A stretch of 64,000 nucleotides of DNA from a virus. Below are positions 1 through 9,581 of this stretch, in pieces. The stretch's first letter is position 1; each line of letters opens with the position of its first letter. The DNA lies in the IMG/VR virus record IMGVR_UViG_3300038443_001578, positions 1 through 64,000 of that record. One strand, 5' to 3'. Below the pieces are notes generated by a model that worked only from the letters and a program-made list of their open reading frames with translations, was not told the DNA's origin and did not search any database. The position numbers were made by a program, and so were the translations under genes.

Positions 1-454
1 GGGCGTCACCGGCGAGCTTCGAGAGCAGTTCCGCCGGGGCGTTCGGGTGTTGGGCGACCCCGGACCGCACATCCGAATTGCCGTCACCGGCGAGCTTCGA
101 GAGCAGTTCCGCCGGGGCGTTCGGGTGTTGGGCGACCCCGGACCGCACATCCGAATTGCCGTCACCGGCGAGCTTCGAGAGCAGTTCCGCCGGGGCGTTC
201 GGGTGCCGGGCGACCCAGTACCGCACATTCCACTGGGCGTCACCGGCGAGAGCGTTCAAAAGCTCAACCGGAAGACGCTCATGTTGGGCGAGCCAATCGA
301 CCTGAAGTCCGACCTCGTGAGCCTTAGCGAGCATCTCCGGCGTGACTTCCGCGCCATTAGGAAAGGTGCGGACGAATAATTCATATTGCTCGTGACAGGC
401 ATCGAGCTTGCGCAAAAGCTGTTTCGTGATTTTCAAAATATTCACCTTATGCAT
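1..454 (-). CDS. Leucine-rich-variant (LRV/HEAT-like) repeat protein, 3' end outside the window
   Basis: Manual translation from ATG at 454: MHKVNILKITKQLLRKLDACHEQYELFVRTFPNG...then 26-aa repeats VRSGVAQHPNAPAELLSKLAGDGNSD. No stop in the window, so absent from the ORF track. Confidence 0.85.
   Translation of the reverse strand, partial: MHKVNILKITKQLLRKLDACHEQYELFVRTFPNGAEVTPEMLAKAHEVGLQVDWLAQHERLPVELLNALAGDAQWNVRYWVARHPNAPAELLSKLAGDGNSDVRSGVAQHPNAPAELLSKLAGDGNSDVRSGVAQHPNAPAELLSKLAGDA
5..250. repeat. 78-bp tandem coding repeat (>3 units)
   Basis: GTCACCGGCGAG recurs at 5, 83, 161, 239; 78 bp = 26 codons of the LRV repeat. Confidence 0.95.
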
Positions 455-506
455 GTTTATGGAGATGTGTTGTGCGCGTTGCCCGGCCGCGCCCCCGGTT
501 CTGAAC

Positions 507-1580
507 CTACGCGGCCGCCGCGAATTGCCGCCTTGAAGGCTTCGCGTTCACGATCGACGACCAGTCGCCGGTCATTGACAAGAGGGAACCACCGAGCGTT
601 TCCAATTCCGTCGCGCGGTCGTAGGAAGGTACATCCTGCGCCGTTGCTGTGATTGCATTAGCAACGCCCCACATGCTCAGATCCGCGCCTTGGATGAGAT
701 TGGTGAGGATGCTCGACTTCTCGACTTCTGGGAGCCGGAACCGATTGGCGAGGACTTCGATAGCTTCGACCGGGTGTGCAACGGTCACACTGGCAGCCTC
801 GCGCATCTGGGCGAGGATCTTGTTAAAGGTCGCTTCCGTGAGCGTGCTCTTTACGGTGTCCCTCGTTTTAAGCCAGAATGCCCGGTCGTCGGCCTGGATG
901 GTTTCGTCGGCGTAGAGGCGGAACGCGTCCTCGCCGGCGTCGGCGATTCGGCCGACGTGATTCCGGCGCGTGCCCATGTCGTTGTGGACCGCTCCGTTGA
1001 CGCAGATCAATCGGAGGCTCATCGGAGTGACCGAGATCGCGCCGGCTCCGATCTCCGAATTGCTGATCACGATGCCGGCCTGGACGACATCGCCAACCTT
1101 AACCTCGCCGGTAATGCGGTCGGTCGTTGCCTTGATATAAAGGCGGCTCTCCGTGACCTCGCAGGATGCCAACGAAAGGCCGGGAGTCTCAAGAAGGGTG
1201 GGGAGGACCGCTTCGAGCAACTCGTAATTGTCGAGCGGTCGGTACCGGTCACTGAGGAACGCACGAGCGTTGCCGTCTAGGGTCCGAACCATCCGGCGCT
1301 TCGGCGCTTCCGCGAACCAATGATTGACGTTCCGATCGAGCAGTTCCGGCGCATCCTTGCGGAGCCGATCGTAGTACGCCTTAGGGACATCGGCGAATTC
1401 CGCGATCTGACGGTGCGTGTGCTCAGTCACTTCAAACTCGCCCTGATTGCCGACGGCGAGTTTGCTGGTGCCATTCGAGTGCAGAACCATCTGCCGGGTA
1501 TCGGCCACATAGTCGGCCTTCGATTTGGCTTGGCGCTCGATTTCGGCGGCGAGTTCGGTGAGGGTCTTTCCCTGCTTCAT
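507..1580 (-). CDS. DUF932 family phage/plasmid protein
   Basis: RAFLSDRYRPLDN, GIVISNSEIGAG, RLICVNG motifs. Confidence 0.85.
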   Translation of the reverse strand: MKQGKTLTELAAEIERQAKSKADYVADTRQMVLHSNGTSKLAVGNQGEFEVTEHTHRQIAEFADVPKAYYDRLRKDAPELLDRNVNHWFAEAPKRRMVRTLDGNARAFLSDRYRPLDNYELLEAVLPTLLETPGLSLASCEVTESRLYIKATTDRITGEVKVGDVVQAGIVISNSEIGAGAISVTPMSLRLICVNGAVHNDMGTRRNHVGRIADAGEDAFRLYADETIQADDRAFWLKTRDTVKSTLTEATFNKILAQMREAASVTVAHPVEAIEVLANRFRLPEVEKSSILTNLIQGADLSMWGVANAITATAQDVPSYDRATELETLGGSLLSMTGDWSSIVNAKPSRRQFAAAA

Positions 1581-1600
1581 CTTTATCTCCTTGGCGGTAA

Positions 1601-3646
1601 TTAGGCCGCGATCGGGCGGCCGTTGTCGTCGAACGAAATCATCAGCGAGAGTTGCCGGCGGTACCGGCGAACGAGGCGAAGGCCGAGGGCGGCTTGCTTC
1701 TGCGTGAGGATGGGCGCGTTCGCAAGCGAGTGCCCTATCCGCCCATCGCGCCCATTGAAGCCGACGCCGTTCTCCTCCCGCGCGTGGTCGGGATCGAGTG
1801 CGGCCAGATGCCGGAGTCCGCTATGGATTAGGGCCGACTCCTCGGCAGTAAACAGGTCGGCAGCCTTCGCCCGCAGCTTGCCGGTCTTCGGGTCGAGTTC
1901 GACCTGGTCGCCTTCCGGCTCCTCGAAAATCGTGATCGAGTCGACGGCTTCCGGCTGGGCAGCGCGTTCGGTTTCCGTGTCGAGGGCGCGGTCAATGATG
2001 TTCTGCTTGGCCACCAGCTTCTTGGCGATGACGCTGTCGAGTGAGCCATCAAACACCAGGTGCTGCACGAGTACGTTATCTCGCTGGCCGATGCGGTGCG
2101 CCCGGTCCTCGGCCTGGCTCATGGCCGCCGGTGTCCAGTCGAGTTCCGCGAAAACGACCGTATTCGCCTCGGTGAGCGTCAACCCGACGCCGGCCGCCTT
2201 GATGTTGCCAATGAACACGCGGCAATTCGGGTCCTTCTGCAGTGCGTCGACGGCCGCCTGTCGCTGGTCCATCGAGCACGAGCCGGTCACCTTAACCGGG
2301 TTGAAGAGCGCGAGGCCGTCCATCAGCGCGTCAATAACGTCGATGTGGTGCGCGAAGACGAGCACCTTCGGTGTGCTTTCGAGCAGATCGGTTACGTGTC
2401 CGATCACCGCCGGCACCTTCGCCATCGCGACTTCGTGGCGCTTGCCGGACATCTCCGTAAAGGCGGTTTTCGCTGCGGCCTTCAAGGCATCGGCGGCGAT
2501 TGTGCGAGCGACCTCATCGCCGGCGGCTTCGGCCAGATCGATGTCGGCGCGAAGGTTTTCCATCGCATCTTCAAAGGCGTCGAAGTCCTCACGTTCCGAA
2601 GAAACCAGATGTTGGAATTCGGGTGGTACCGGCAGGGCGATAATCTGGCGAGTCTTCGGCGGCAGATCGGTCAGCACGTCGCACTTGAGCCGGCGCACCA
2701 TAAAGCGCTCGCGCAGCTTGTCCTGCAGTTCGGGGAGGTTCGAAGCGCCTGAGAAGTCCCAGACCATCTTATTGCCGGCGCGCTTTTGCTTGGCAGCACA
2801 ATAGCGCATCGCGAAGCGGAAGAAGTGAGAGCCGATGCCCTGCGGGTCAAGAGCCTGGATTAGCGTCCACATCTCGACCGGGCGGTTTACGATCGGCGTC
2901 CCGGTGAGGAACACACGTCGGTCGGCAGTGATCGGCTGGATGTCCTTGCCGCCGAATACAAGGGCTGTGCGTTGTGCTTTTGGGTTCTTGCAGTAATGCA
3001 CCTCGTCGGCAATCATCATGTCCCAATGGCGTGCGTCGATAGCCGCGCGATGCTTTTTGAGGATGTCGTAGTTGACGATAACCACCTGGGTCGACGGAAA
3101 CGCGCCGTTCGCAATCCCGACGGTCAATCCCTTGACGTCCCACTTCTGCCATTCGCGCTGCCAGTTGATCTTGAGCGAGGCCGGGCAGATGATCAGAACG
3201 GAGGTAACGAGCGGGTCGGCGTTTGCGATGCCGATCCCCTGAATCGTCTTACCAAGTCCCATCTCATCAGCTATCAGCACATTCGCCCGGTCGACGCCGT
3301 AGAGGATGCCGGCGCGCTGGTATGCGAGATAATCAAGGCCGACAGGGCGCGGCAGGTCGACATTGGCGTCGGAGGCGCGGGACTGGGCGCGGGCTTCCGT
3401 CTTCGCCTGAGCCTCCTCGGCCGCGATCGGTTTCCACCACGTCGCTTCCCATTCGCCGCTGCGGTTGTTGCGACCGAGGCCGATACCAGCCTTCTTGAGG
3501 TCGTATTTGTGATTGCGCCAGAGATCCCAGAAGCGATCATCCGGAGCGGCGACGCACAGGTCGCGCTCGCCGTTTTTCGTCGATACGCGCTTCGGCGCGG
3601 ACCAGGGCAGCAATGTATTCAGATCGATCTCGGTTGCGGCTGGCAT
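1601..3646 (-). CDS. SNF2-family (HARP/SMARCAL1-like) helicase/ATPase
   Basis: IADEMGLGKT, DEVH, LTGTPIVN, GVGLTLT, QAEDRAHRIGQ; AAGGAGG RBS before ATG 3646. Confidence 0.92.
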   Translation of the reverse strand: MPAATEIDLNTLLPWSAPKRVSTKNGERDLCVAAPDDRFWDLWRNHKYDLKKAGIGLGRNNRSGEWEATWWKPIAAEEAQAKTEARAQSRASDANVDLPRPVGLDYLAYQRAGILYGVDRANVLIADEMGLGKTIQGIGIANADPLVTSVLIICPASLKINWQREWQKWDVKGLTVGIANGAFPSTQVVIVNYDILKKHRAAIDARHWDMMIADEVHYCKNPKAQRTALVFGGKDIQPITADRRVFLTGTPIVNRPVEMWTLIQALDPQGIGSHFFRFAMRYCAAKQKRAGNKMVWDFSGASNLPELQDKLRERFMVRRLKCDVLTDLPPKTRQIIALPVPPEFQHLVSSEREDFDAFEDAMENLRADIDLAEAAGDEVARTIAADALKAAAKTAFTEMSGKRHEVAMAKVPAVIGHVTDLLESTPKVLVFAHHIDVIDALMDGLALFNPVKVTGSCSMDQRQAAVDALQKDPNCRVFIGNIKAAGVGLTLTEANTVVFAELDWTPAAMSQAEDRAHRIGQRDNVLVQHLVFDGSLDSVIAKKLVAKQNIIDRALDTETERAAQPEAVDSITIFEEPEGDQVELDPKTGKLRAKAADLFTAEESALIHSGLRHLAALDPDHAREENGVGFNGRDGRIGHSLANAPILTQKQAALGLRLVRRYRRQLSLMISFDDNGRPIAA

Positions 3647-3678
3647 GGAAGCCTCCTTTACTGGTTCGGAACACACAA

Positions 3679-3719
3679 ACTGTAGCATATTATTGTTTAT
3701 GTGTCAATATACATAAACT
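3679..3719 (-). promoter_or_regulatory. Sigma70-type promoter with overlapping operator for the leftward early operon
   Basis: Minus strand TTGACA-17 bp-TACAGT; 25 bp identical (inverted) to the promoter at ~14477-14501. Confidence 0.75.
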
Positions 3720-3767
3720 CGGAACCGGAAAAGATTTCGCTTTTCCGGCCCAAAACTATCAGCGAGC

Positions 3768-4259
3768 CTATTTCATCTTCGCGGCATTTCGTTCGCGGTC
3801 GAGAGTAACGTTGAGTTCGTGGCATTTGGCTTTGCAGTCGTCCTCGTCGTCGAAGTAGCCGTGCTCGGGGTGCTCGACCGATCGGTGGTTACTGTCGGTG
3901 TAATCCGTACTCGCGACAACCCACGCGTCGCCATACTTGCCCGTTGTCTCAGGGAAGTAGTGCGCGTGCGCCAGACCGGCATTAGCGATCACGGCGGCGA
4001 AGAAGTCTTGCGTGCGGTTCTTCGGCGCGTCGTCGATGGCGCGGTCAAGGTCGCCGAGCATGTCGTCGACCTTTCCGCCGAGGAATGCCGGCAACCACGC
4101 GTGCAGCGCGTTCGCGACGTGCTCCGTGTCGACGGTGCCGCTCATGCCGAGGCCGAAATCGTTCTCGTTGAACGCCTTCGCAAGATACTTGGCGGTTGCC
4201 ATCACGTCCGAATGCAAGATCGCGATCACGAAGCCGTAGTCAGTTTCAGTTGTGCTCAT
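3768..4259 (-). CDS. Hypothetical protein
   Basis: 163-aa ORF, AAAGGG RBS, co-oriented with neighbours. Confidence 0.7.
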   Translation of the reverse strand: MSTTETDYGFVIAILHSDVMATAKYLAKAFNENDFGLGMSGTVDTEHVANALHAWLPAFLGGKVDDMLGDLDRAIDDAPKNRTQDFFAAVIANAGLAHAHYFPETTGKYGDAWVVASTDYTDSNHRSVEHPEHGYFDDEDDCKAKCHELNVTLDRERNAAKMK

Positions 4260-4301
4260 GTTGGCCCTTTCCCGCGTGTCCGTCGCGGCCCGGTCGTGTA
4301 G

Positions 4302-4523
4302 TTATCGCTGAAGCGACAGCGTCAGCGGGTGCTTGTCGATATCGGTCCGGGCCGCGAGCAGCGCCTTCTCGATGCCCTGCCGCGTCTTGGCCTGCGTTGT
4401 GTGCTCAATTTCGCAACCGCCGTTCGTCGCCTTCACGGTCGCCGTCACGGAATTGACCGTCAGTCGCACGACCCAGCCCCGGTATATGGTTTCGCGCTCG
4501 CCAAACATTGATTTTTGTGCCAC
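4302..4523 (-). CDS. Hypothetical protein
   Basis: Short ORF; GAAAGG upstream of GTG at 4523; start uncertain. Confidence 0.55.
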   Translation of the reverse strand: MAQKSMFGERETIYRGWVVRLTVNSVTATVKATNGGCEIEHTTQAKTRQGIEKALLAARTDIDKHPLTLSLQR

Positions 4524-4615
4524 TCTCGTTGCCTTTCTGTTTGTATCACCCACTCGGTTTGATTTGCCATGAAATCCGATCCTTGGGGAGGCCGTTCCCG
4601 ACCTCCCCGCTTTTG

Positions 4616-5023
4616 TTATCCCTGGAAGCGATCCGTCCAGGTGCCGGGGTCGACGCCGTAGGTCGCGCTTTCCGCGTCCGCCGTCGGGTCTTCAAGGCAG
4701 AAGTCCGCGAACTCCTCGCGGGCAGCGGCGCACCGCGCGTCGATCTCGTTCTTGTCGCGATGGAGGCGCAGCAGGTGCTTGCAGGGCATCTGCTTCTGCG
4801 TGCACCATTCGCAAGTGCAGGTGAACACCTCGCGGTCGATGTCGTAGGTCAGAGTGTAGACCTTCGAGCCATCCGGCTTCGTGCAGTAGTAGGTGGCGAA
4901 GTCGAAAGCCGCGCCTTCGATCTTGTAGCCGTCCTCGATGAGAGTAGCGGCACGGGCAGCAATGCCCACCAGGGCGCGAGCTTCCTGCATCGTCTTCGGC
5001 ATCATTTCGAGAAGGGTTTTCAT
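4616..5023 (-). CDS. SWIM zinc-finger protein
   Basis: CTCEWCTQKQMPCKHL (CxC...CxH); GGAGG RBS before ATG 5023. Confidence 0.85.
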   Translation of the reverse strand: MKTLLEMMPKTMQEARALVGIAARAATLIEDGYKIEGAAFDFATYYCTKPDGSKVYTLTYDIDREVFTCTCEWCTQKQMPCKHLLRLHRDKNEIDARCAAAREEFADFCLEDPTADAESATYGVDPGTWTDRFQG

Positions 5024-5062
5024 GGCTGTTTCCTCCGGGCTCAATTCGTTTCTTACAACATC

Positions 5063-5154
5063 ATTATACCGCATAACGCAATTTAACGCAATATTTTAAG
5101 GCAATTTTATACAGTATTTCGCCACTTGACACAATATTTTTTGGCGTGTACAAT
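5063..5154. promoter_or_regulatory. Divergent promoter pair (SWIM leftward, HTH rightward)
   Basis: Minus: TTGCGT-17-TATAAT; plus: TTGACA(5126)-17-TACAAT(5149), ATG 6 nt later (leaderless). Confidence 0.75.
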
Positions 5155-5160
5155 AGCGGC

Positions 5161-5361
5161 ATGGCTGATCTTACACCTGAACAAGTAGCGGAAGAATTGC
5201 AGATGCACATCGAAACCGTCCGACGGCTTCTACGTGAGGGCGTCTTACCTGGCTATCAGCCTGGCAAACGAGGTTGGCGTATTACGCGCGAGTCTCTTGA
5301 CGCCTTTAAGGCCGAAGGCGGTGCTAAGGCTGTTGGACGGCCGAAGAAAGAAGGCGAATAA
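5161..5361 (+). CDS. Excisionase-like HTH_17 DNA-binding protein
   Basis: LTPEQVAEELQMHIETVRRLLREGVLPG...WRI, C-terminal GRPKK. Confidence 0.88.
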   Translation: MADLTPEQVAEELQMHIETVRRLLREGVLPGYQPGKRGWRITRESLDAFKAEGGAKAVGRPKKEGE

Positions 5362-5645
5362 TGAACCTGCTGGAGTTGCGCGAGAGAATAGATGGCGCAT
5401 TGGACGTTGCGGTCCGATACGGCGGTATCGATGGCGACCACCACAAAGCGTGGGTGATTGATCAAATGGTTCGACATCTCACTGGCTGTCCCACCGAGAA
5501 GCTGGCTGCAATCGATTGTCGCGGGAATAGTTACGAGTTTGACGGGCTTGGCAAGTCAGACGAATACGTCAAGCTGGTAGCAGAAGCCTGTGATGGCGAG
5601 GATGGGGCGGACACCTACACTTGGAACGAAGGAATTGCTCCATGA
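5361..5645 (+). CDS. Phage hypothetical protein
   Basis: Coupled to upstream gene; GGIDGDHHKAWVIDQMVR motif. Confidence 0.75.
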   Translation: MNLLELRERIDGALDVAVRYGGIDGDHHKAWVIDQMVRHLTGCPTEKLAAIDCRGNSYEFDGLGKSDEYVKLVAEACDGEDGADTYTWNEGIAP

Positions 5646-6043
5646 ACGTTCCTGACAAGACGCTTTCCCGTCTCCTCGTTCATGCACAACGGATACAGAG
5701 CTACTACTTCACCGTCGGCCGCGCGGTTATGGACGGGCAGCCGGAGATTGCTGAGGAGCGGCTTCAGAACCTACTAGCCGATGCCGGCGCCATGGTTTCC
5801 ATGCTCCTGCAGGCCGGCGCCGTCCCGCCGGATCAAGATCTTCCCGTGCTGGGGGCGGTCCCCATCGACAAGCTCGACACGCCGGCGAACCGCCGACTGC
5901 TGGCGAAGCTCGAAGAGGCCTATGAGGCGGCTCGGGCTGTCGATGAGGAGCGATGGCCAGGGATCGGCTCGCACGGTATGGCACAAGGATTGGAGCTGGA
6001 GATAGAGCGCGTGCGCATGGAGATTTTCGGACCGACGACGTAG
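5642..6043 (+). CDS. Hypothetical protein
   Basis: ATGA overlap with upstream stop. Confidence 0.65.
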   Translation: MNVPDKTLSRLLVHAQRIQSYYFTVGRAVMDGQPEIAEERLQNLLADAGAMVSMLLQAGAVPPDQDLPVLGAVPIDKLDTPANRRLLAKLEEAYEAARAVDEERWPGIGSHGMAQGLELEIERVRMEIFGPTT

Positions 6044-6047
6044 AGCG

Positions 6048-6293
6048 ATGATAGCGGCTGCCGATCGTCGCATTGAAGCAAGGAGAGCAATAGGTATCTA
6101 CCGAATGACCACGTTATTCAAACTGCAATGCCTTCGATTTTTCGTTCGCGTGGCAAAAATGATCTTGTGGCGAATGATTACACCTGAAGAGATTATCCGT
6201 GAGCGCGACCGACTGGACGCCGGAGAGATAATCTCTGAGGGGAACAGGTTAGTGATGGACCTTGACGACTTGATTGAGCGCGATAAGGGATAG
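6048..6293 (+). CDS. Hypothetical protein
   Basis: Operon position; start uncertain. Confidence 0.45.
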   Translation: MIAAADRRIEARRAIGIYRMTTLFKLQCLRFFVRVAKMILWRMITPEEIIRERDRLDAGEIISEGNRLVMDLDDLIERDKG

Positions 6294-6301
6294 AGCTCGC
6301 C

Positions 6302-6565
6302 ATGGTGATAGCTCGCATCTCATACCTCCGGATCAATGAAATCCGTGATCTCGCGGCCGAAAACGTTAAGCTCCGTCACCCTGTGACGTGGGCAATGCGG
6401 CAAGATAATCACGAAGCGCTCGCGTCGGTCCTTAATGTTGAGTACGAAAGCCTGATGAGAGACGAATTGGACCGTGCTGGTATCGATCAGTCCGACGGCG
6501 TCAGGGTTTGGCAATGGGAAGATCCGACATTTCCAGGCGTGTGTTTTTCTAACCTAGAACCTTGA
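6302..6565 (+). CDS. Hypothetical protein
   Basis: Operon position. Confidence 0.55.
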   Translation: MVIARISYLRINEIRDLAAENVKLRHPVTWAMRQDNHEALASVLNVEYESLMRDELDRAGIDQSDGVRVWQWEDPTFPGVCFSNLEP

Positions 6566-6608
6566 CCATGGCCTTCACCTATTTAAGATTGGAGCCGGAA
6601 GTTTTACT

Positions 6609-7019
6609 ATGGGTACCAACTATTATCTGAAGACCGCGACCAAGCCACCATGCGAGTGTTGCGGGCGGCCGTTCGAATCGCCGTCGCTGCACATCGGTAA
6701 ATCGTCTGCGGGGTGGTGTTTCTCGTTGCATGTCATGCCTGAGGATGGTATCAACTCGCTTGACGATTGGAAGGGGCTTTTCGCCTCACCTGGGGTCGAG
6801 ATCGTCGATGAGCACGGAGATACCGTCTCGGCGGAAGATATGCTAAAGCTCATCACGGAGAGGTCGTGGGGCACTGATCGAAAAATGGGGGCGCAGTGGT
6901 ACGCCGAAAACTATGCTGAACTAGGACCGAACGGCCTGGCTCGCCATAAGATCGACGGGCGGCATTGTATAGCTCACGGCAAGGGAACATACGACCTGAT
7001 ACGCGGTGTATTCTCGTGA
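6609..7019 (+). CDS. Phage hypothetical protein with CxxC
   Basis: MGTNYY...CECCG...LHIGKSSAGWCFSLH motif. Confidence 0.75.
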   Translation: MGTNYYLKTATKPPCECCGRPFESPSLHIGKSSAGWCFSLHVMPEDGINSLDDWKGLFASPGVEIVDEHGDTVSAEDMLKLITERSWGTDRKMGAQWYAENYAELGPNGLARHKIDGRHCIAHGKGTYDLIRGVFS

Positions 7020-7062
7020 GAGCTAATAGAATGAGCGGCCCGTCACTCGTGAGCATCCCAAA

Positions 7063-7392
7063 TTATAATCTCACCCTGTAGCTCCCAAGTTTGCACGGCG
7101 CTATCAGTACCTCTCCGGCCCAGTCCTGCGCAACGATGTGCGTGTGCAACTCGCCGCACAATGGGCACTCGACCTCGATCATGACACCGACCTCGTCGGC
7201 GCGGAGTATATACCCTCTCGCATCGACGCCCTCAGCCGACACCCGCTGCCGCCCTTGCGCCTGCGGGTTGTTACGCCCAGGTGCCCCAAACGAGATCCGA
7301 GCGTTGCTGTACGACTCACGGCCCGCGTTCGTGTACGCTATGCGCCGGCGCAACTCCTCGATCATCGCGTTTCGTTTTCGTGGCAAAGGCAT
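7063..7392 (-). CDS. Small Zn-binding hypothetical protein
   Basis: CPLCGELHTH...APC motif. Confidence 0.6.
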   Translation of the reverse strand: MPLPRKRNAMIEELRRRIAYTNAGRESYSNARISFGAPGRNNPQAQGRQRVSAEGVDARGYILRADEVGVMIEVECPLCGELHTHIVAQDWAGEVLIAPCKLGSYRVRL

Positions 7393-7412
7393 ACCATATT
7401 GTTACCACAAAA

Positions 7413-7426
7413 CGAATAGATGTTCG
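7413..7426. promoter_or_regulatory. Candidate LexA (SOS) box of the Gram-positive type
   Basis: CGAATAGATGTTCG, one mismatch to CGAAC-N4-GTTCG, 21 bp upstream of the 7392 start. Confidence 0.55.
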
Positions 7427-7523
7427 ATATTTTGGCTTATAATTTCCAGAAGGTAATAACATACTTGACTAAGCACAACACTGTGCAGTAAGCTATCTAA
7501 CAGAAAAGCCCTGGCCTTATCGG

Positions 7524-7688
7524 CTAGGGCTTTTTCTTTGGCTTAGGTCCGCGCTTCGGTTTATCCTCATGTGCGGCACGCCACTCGGCTTCGCGGCGGT
7601 CCATCTCGGCTTTAGGCACGGCGAACGCTTGCCTGAGCACGCGCATCGTGTTCTCGTGACCTGGCGGCGGTTTCGTGGGCTTATCCAT
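7524..7688 (-). CDS. Small basic IS1595-associated protein
   Basis: ...AFAVPKAEMDRREAEW...KRGPKPK; resembles the short ORFs found downstream of IS1595 transposases. Confidence 0.6.
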   Translation of the reverse strand: MDKPTKPPPGHENTMRVLRQAFAVPKAEMDRREAEWRAAHEDKPKRGPKPKKKP

Positions 7689-7829
7689 TAGTAATACGCT
7701 TAAGTGAGTCACTTAGACTCATACACCCGCAAAATTTATCGTTAAACGCACAAAAAACTTACGATAAAATGGTCGAAAGTTCTTAAATTCGTCCATAATA
7801 TTATTAGGGACCGGGCAGGCTGCAAACTT

Positions 7830-8708
7830 TTGGCGAGTGACACAGCCTGTCCCGGCGACAGCGAATACGGCGGCGGTAGTCTAAGCAAGGCACCAGGATT
7901 CGTACCCCAGGGGATGCCAGTGCAAATCTGGTCCGTCGCCCCATTCGCACATCTCATTTTAGCACTTATCGATTCGGACTGTCAAATGTCGTTGTTGCCG
8001 AGCTTGGCGAAAGTATATATAGGCGATACCCTGCTTCCGACGAAAACTTCTGAGGATTTTAGGGATCTCGGTCAAATGTTCTTAAGTTGGGCCCGAATGC
8101 TTGAACGGCACTCACCTAAGCCCAATATACGTCAACTATCATTTGACTTCACATACGGTGAGAGTGCTAGCCTCACAATGACCGAATGGCTAGATAGAGC
8201 ATGGCATGCTATGGGGCGGCCCGCGTCAGCTACAGGCGAAGAGTTTTTCGAAGTCATGACAAGCCTAGGATTCAGGTCGTCGGCTGACAGTCCGCTTGAC
8301 GCGGTCAAAGCCTCTTTGCGAGTAAGCAAAGACTTCGAACGAGCCGGTGAGACAAGGCGCGGTGCTGCCCTGTGGGCGCGTAGTAATGTACCAACGGAAC
8401 CACCTAAAGAGAAAGCCGCGCCGATACCATCCGGCTTTCTAATAGACGACCCGCGCTCACGAGGATCTAAGCGCGTGGTCGATTACATCGTACGGGCGAT
8501 TCAAGAGTTTGGACGTCCAGCTAGTAATGAAGAGTTAGCCGCTAAGATTGTGGAATACGGCTGGCATACGAAGTCTGATGATAAGCCGGTGATCGTCGCC
8601 GCGACGCTGCGGAAGTATCCGGAGTTTCACAAGGTTGGCGGGCGATGGACATTTAGCCCGCTTTATTATGAGAACAGGCCCGGAGAACCGGTACTGCCTG
8701 ACGAGTGA
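7830..8708 (+). CDS. Passenger protein with duplicated winged-helix-like domain; start uncertain
   Basis: Two related segments (AWHAMGRPAS...W and AIQEFGRPAS...GRW). Confidence 0.55.
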   Translation: MASDTACPGDSEYGGGSLSKAPGFVPQGMPVQIWSVAPFAHLILALIDSDCQMSLLPSLAKVYIGDTLLPTKTSEDFRDLGQMFLSWARMLERHSPKPNIRQLSFDFTYGESASLTMTEWLDRAWHAMGRPASATGEEFFEVMTSLGFRSSADSPLDAVKASLRVSKDFERAGETRRGAALWARSNVPTEPPKEKAAPIPSGFLIDDPRSRGSKRVVDYIVRAIQEFGRPASNEELAAKIVEYGWHTKSDDKPVIVAATLRKYPEFHKVGGRWTFSPLYYENRPGEPVLPDE

Positions 8709-8726
8709 CGCACTCGGAGATGTTAT

Positions 8727-9581
8727 ATGGTTGCTGAGTTAGAGATGATCTGTAGCATCATTGTCAACAAAACGTATTGTCTTGATGAGTCGGGTGATGT
8801 AGGCCTCTTTGCTCGAAAGGGCCGCTCGATTCTGAATAAGCCCAATGTACCGCGATTTTTTATGCTGGGAATGATAGATGCATTTGATCCTATCGGACTA
8901 AATACGGCTATGCTTGACCTGCGTCAGCAAATCTGGGGCGAGATAACCGCAGACACACGATTCGCCAGTGACATCGACTATGCGAAACGGCACGCCCATT
9001 TGAAAGAGTACTTTCACGCAAAAGATGACCCTCCGTGGGTCCGCGGGCGAGTATTCGACCTCATCGCAAATCAACCATTTCGCTTCTCGGCAGTTGTGAT
9101 AGAGAAAGCCGAGTATTTAAAGGCGGTTAAGAATCGAATCGCGACCGACCCAGCGTACCGATATACAAGCAATGAGGAATATGATTACCTTGTGCGCTTA
9201 CTGCTGCGAGCCAGAGTTCACAGTCACGTTAGTTATACTGTACTGTTTGCTAAACGACACGGCGACCGCAGCGAGCAACTTAATCGGGCGTTGATAGGTT
9301 TCCGCAATGAGATGCTGACAAGGCGCAATAAGAAGGATGATGGGTACATGTTCGTCACTGCATGCCCGGAGGCTAAGGAACATGGCGGCTTGCAGGTCGT
9401 AGATTATTGCCTGTGGGCTTTACAGCGGCTTTACAACCAAAAAGAAGCGCAGTACTTTGAACAGATATGGCCCAAAGTGACACTTATTAATGATCGTCAC
9501 GTACCGGGGAAAGGTGATTGCCACTTTCGACATAAAGGGCCATCAGGTTTGATGGCCCTAAAAGCGGCACGAGGAACATAG
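8727..9581 (+). CDS. DUF3800 family (RNase H-like fold) protein
   Basis: N-terminal LDESGD, FHAKDD, C-terminal GLQVVDYCLWALQR. Confidence 0.88.
   Translation: MVAELEMICSIIVNKTYCLDESGDVGLFARKGRSILNKPNVPRFFMLGMIDAFDPIGLNTAMLDLRQQIWGEITADTRFASDIDYAKRHAHLKEYFHAKDDPPWVRGRVFDLIANQPFRFSAVVIEKAEYLKAVKNRIATDPAYRYTSNEEYDYLVRLLLRARVHSHVSYTVLFAKRHGDRSEQLNRALIGFRNEMLTRRNKKDDGYMFVTACPEAKEHGGLQVVDYCLWALQRLYNQKEAQYFEQIWPKVTLINDRHVPGKGDCHFRHKGPSGLMALKAARGT

Noticed and set aside
1-379. 78-bp repeats as a CRISPR array, or the + strand ORF 47..379 as the gene
   Set aside because: No unique spacers; the repeat is an in-frame 26-aa LRV repeat on the minus strand.
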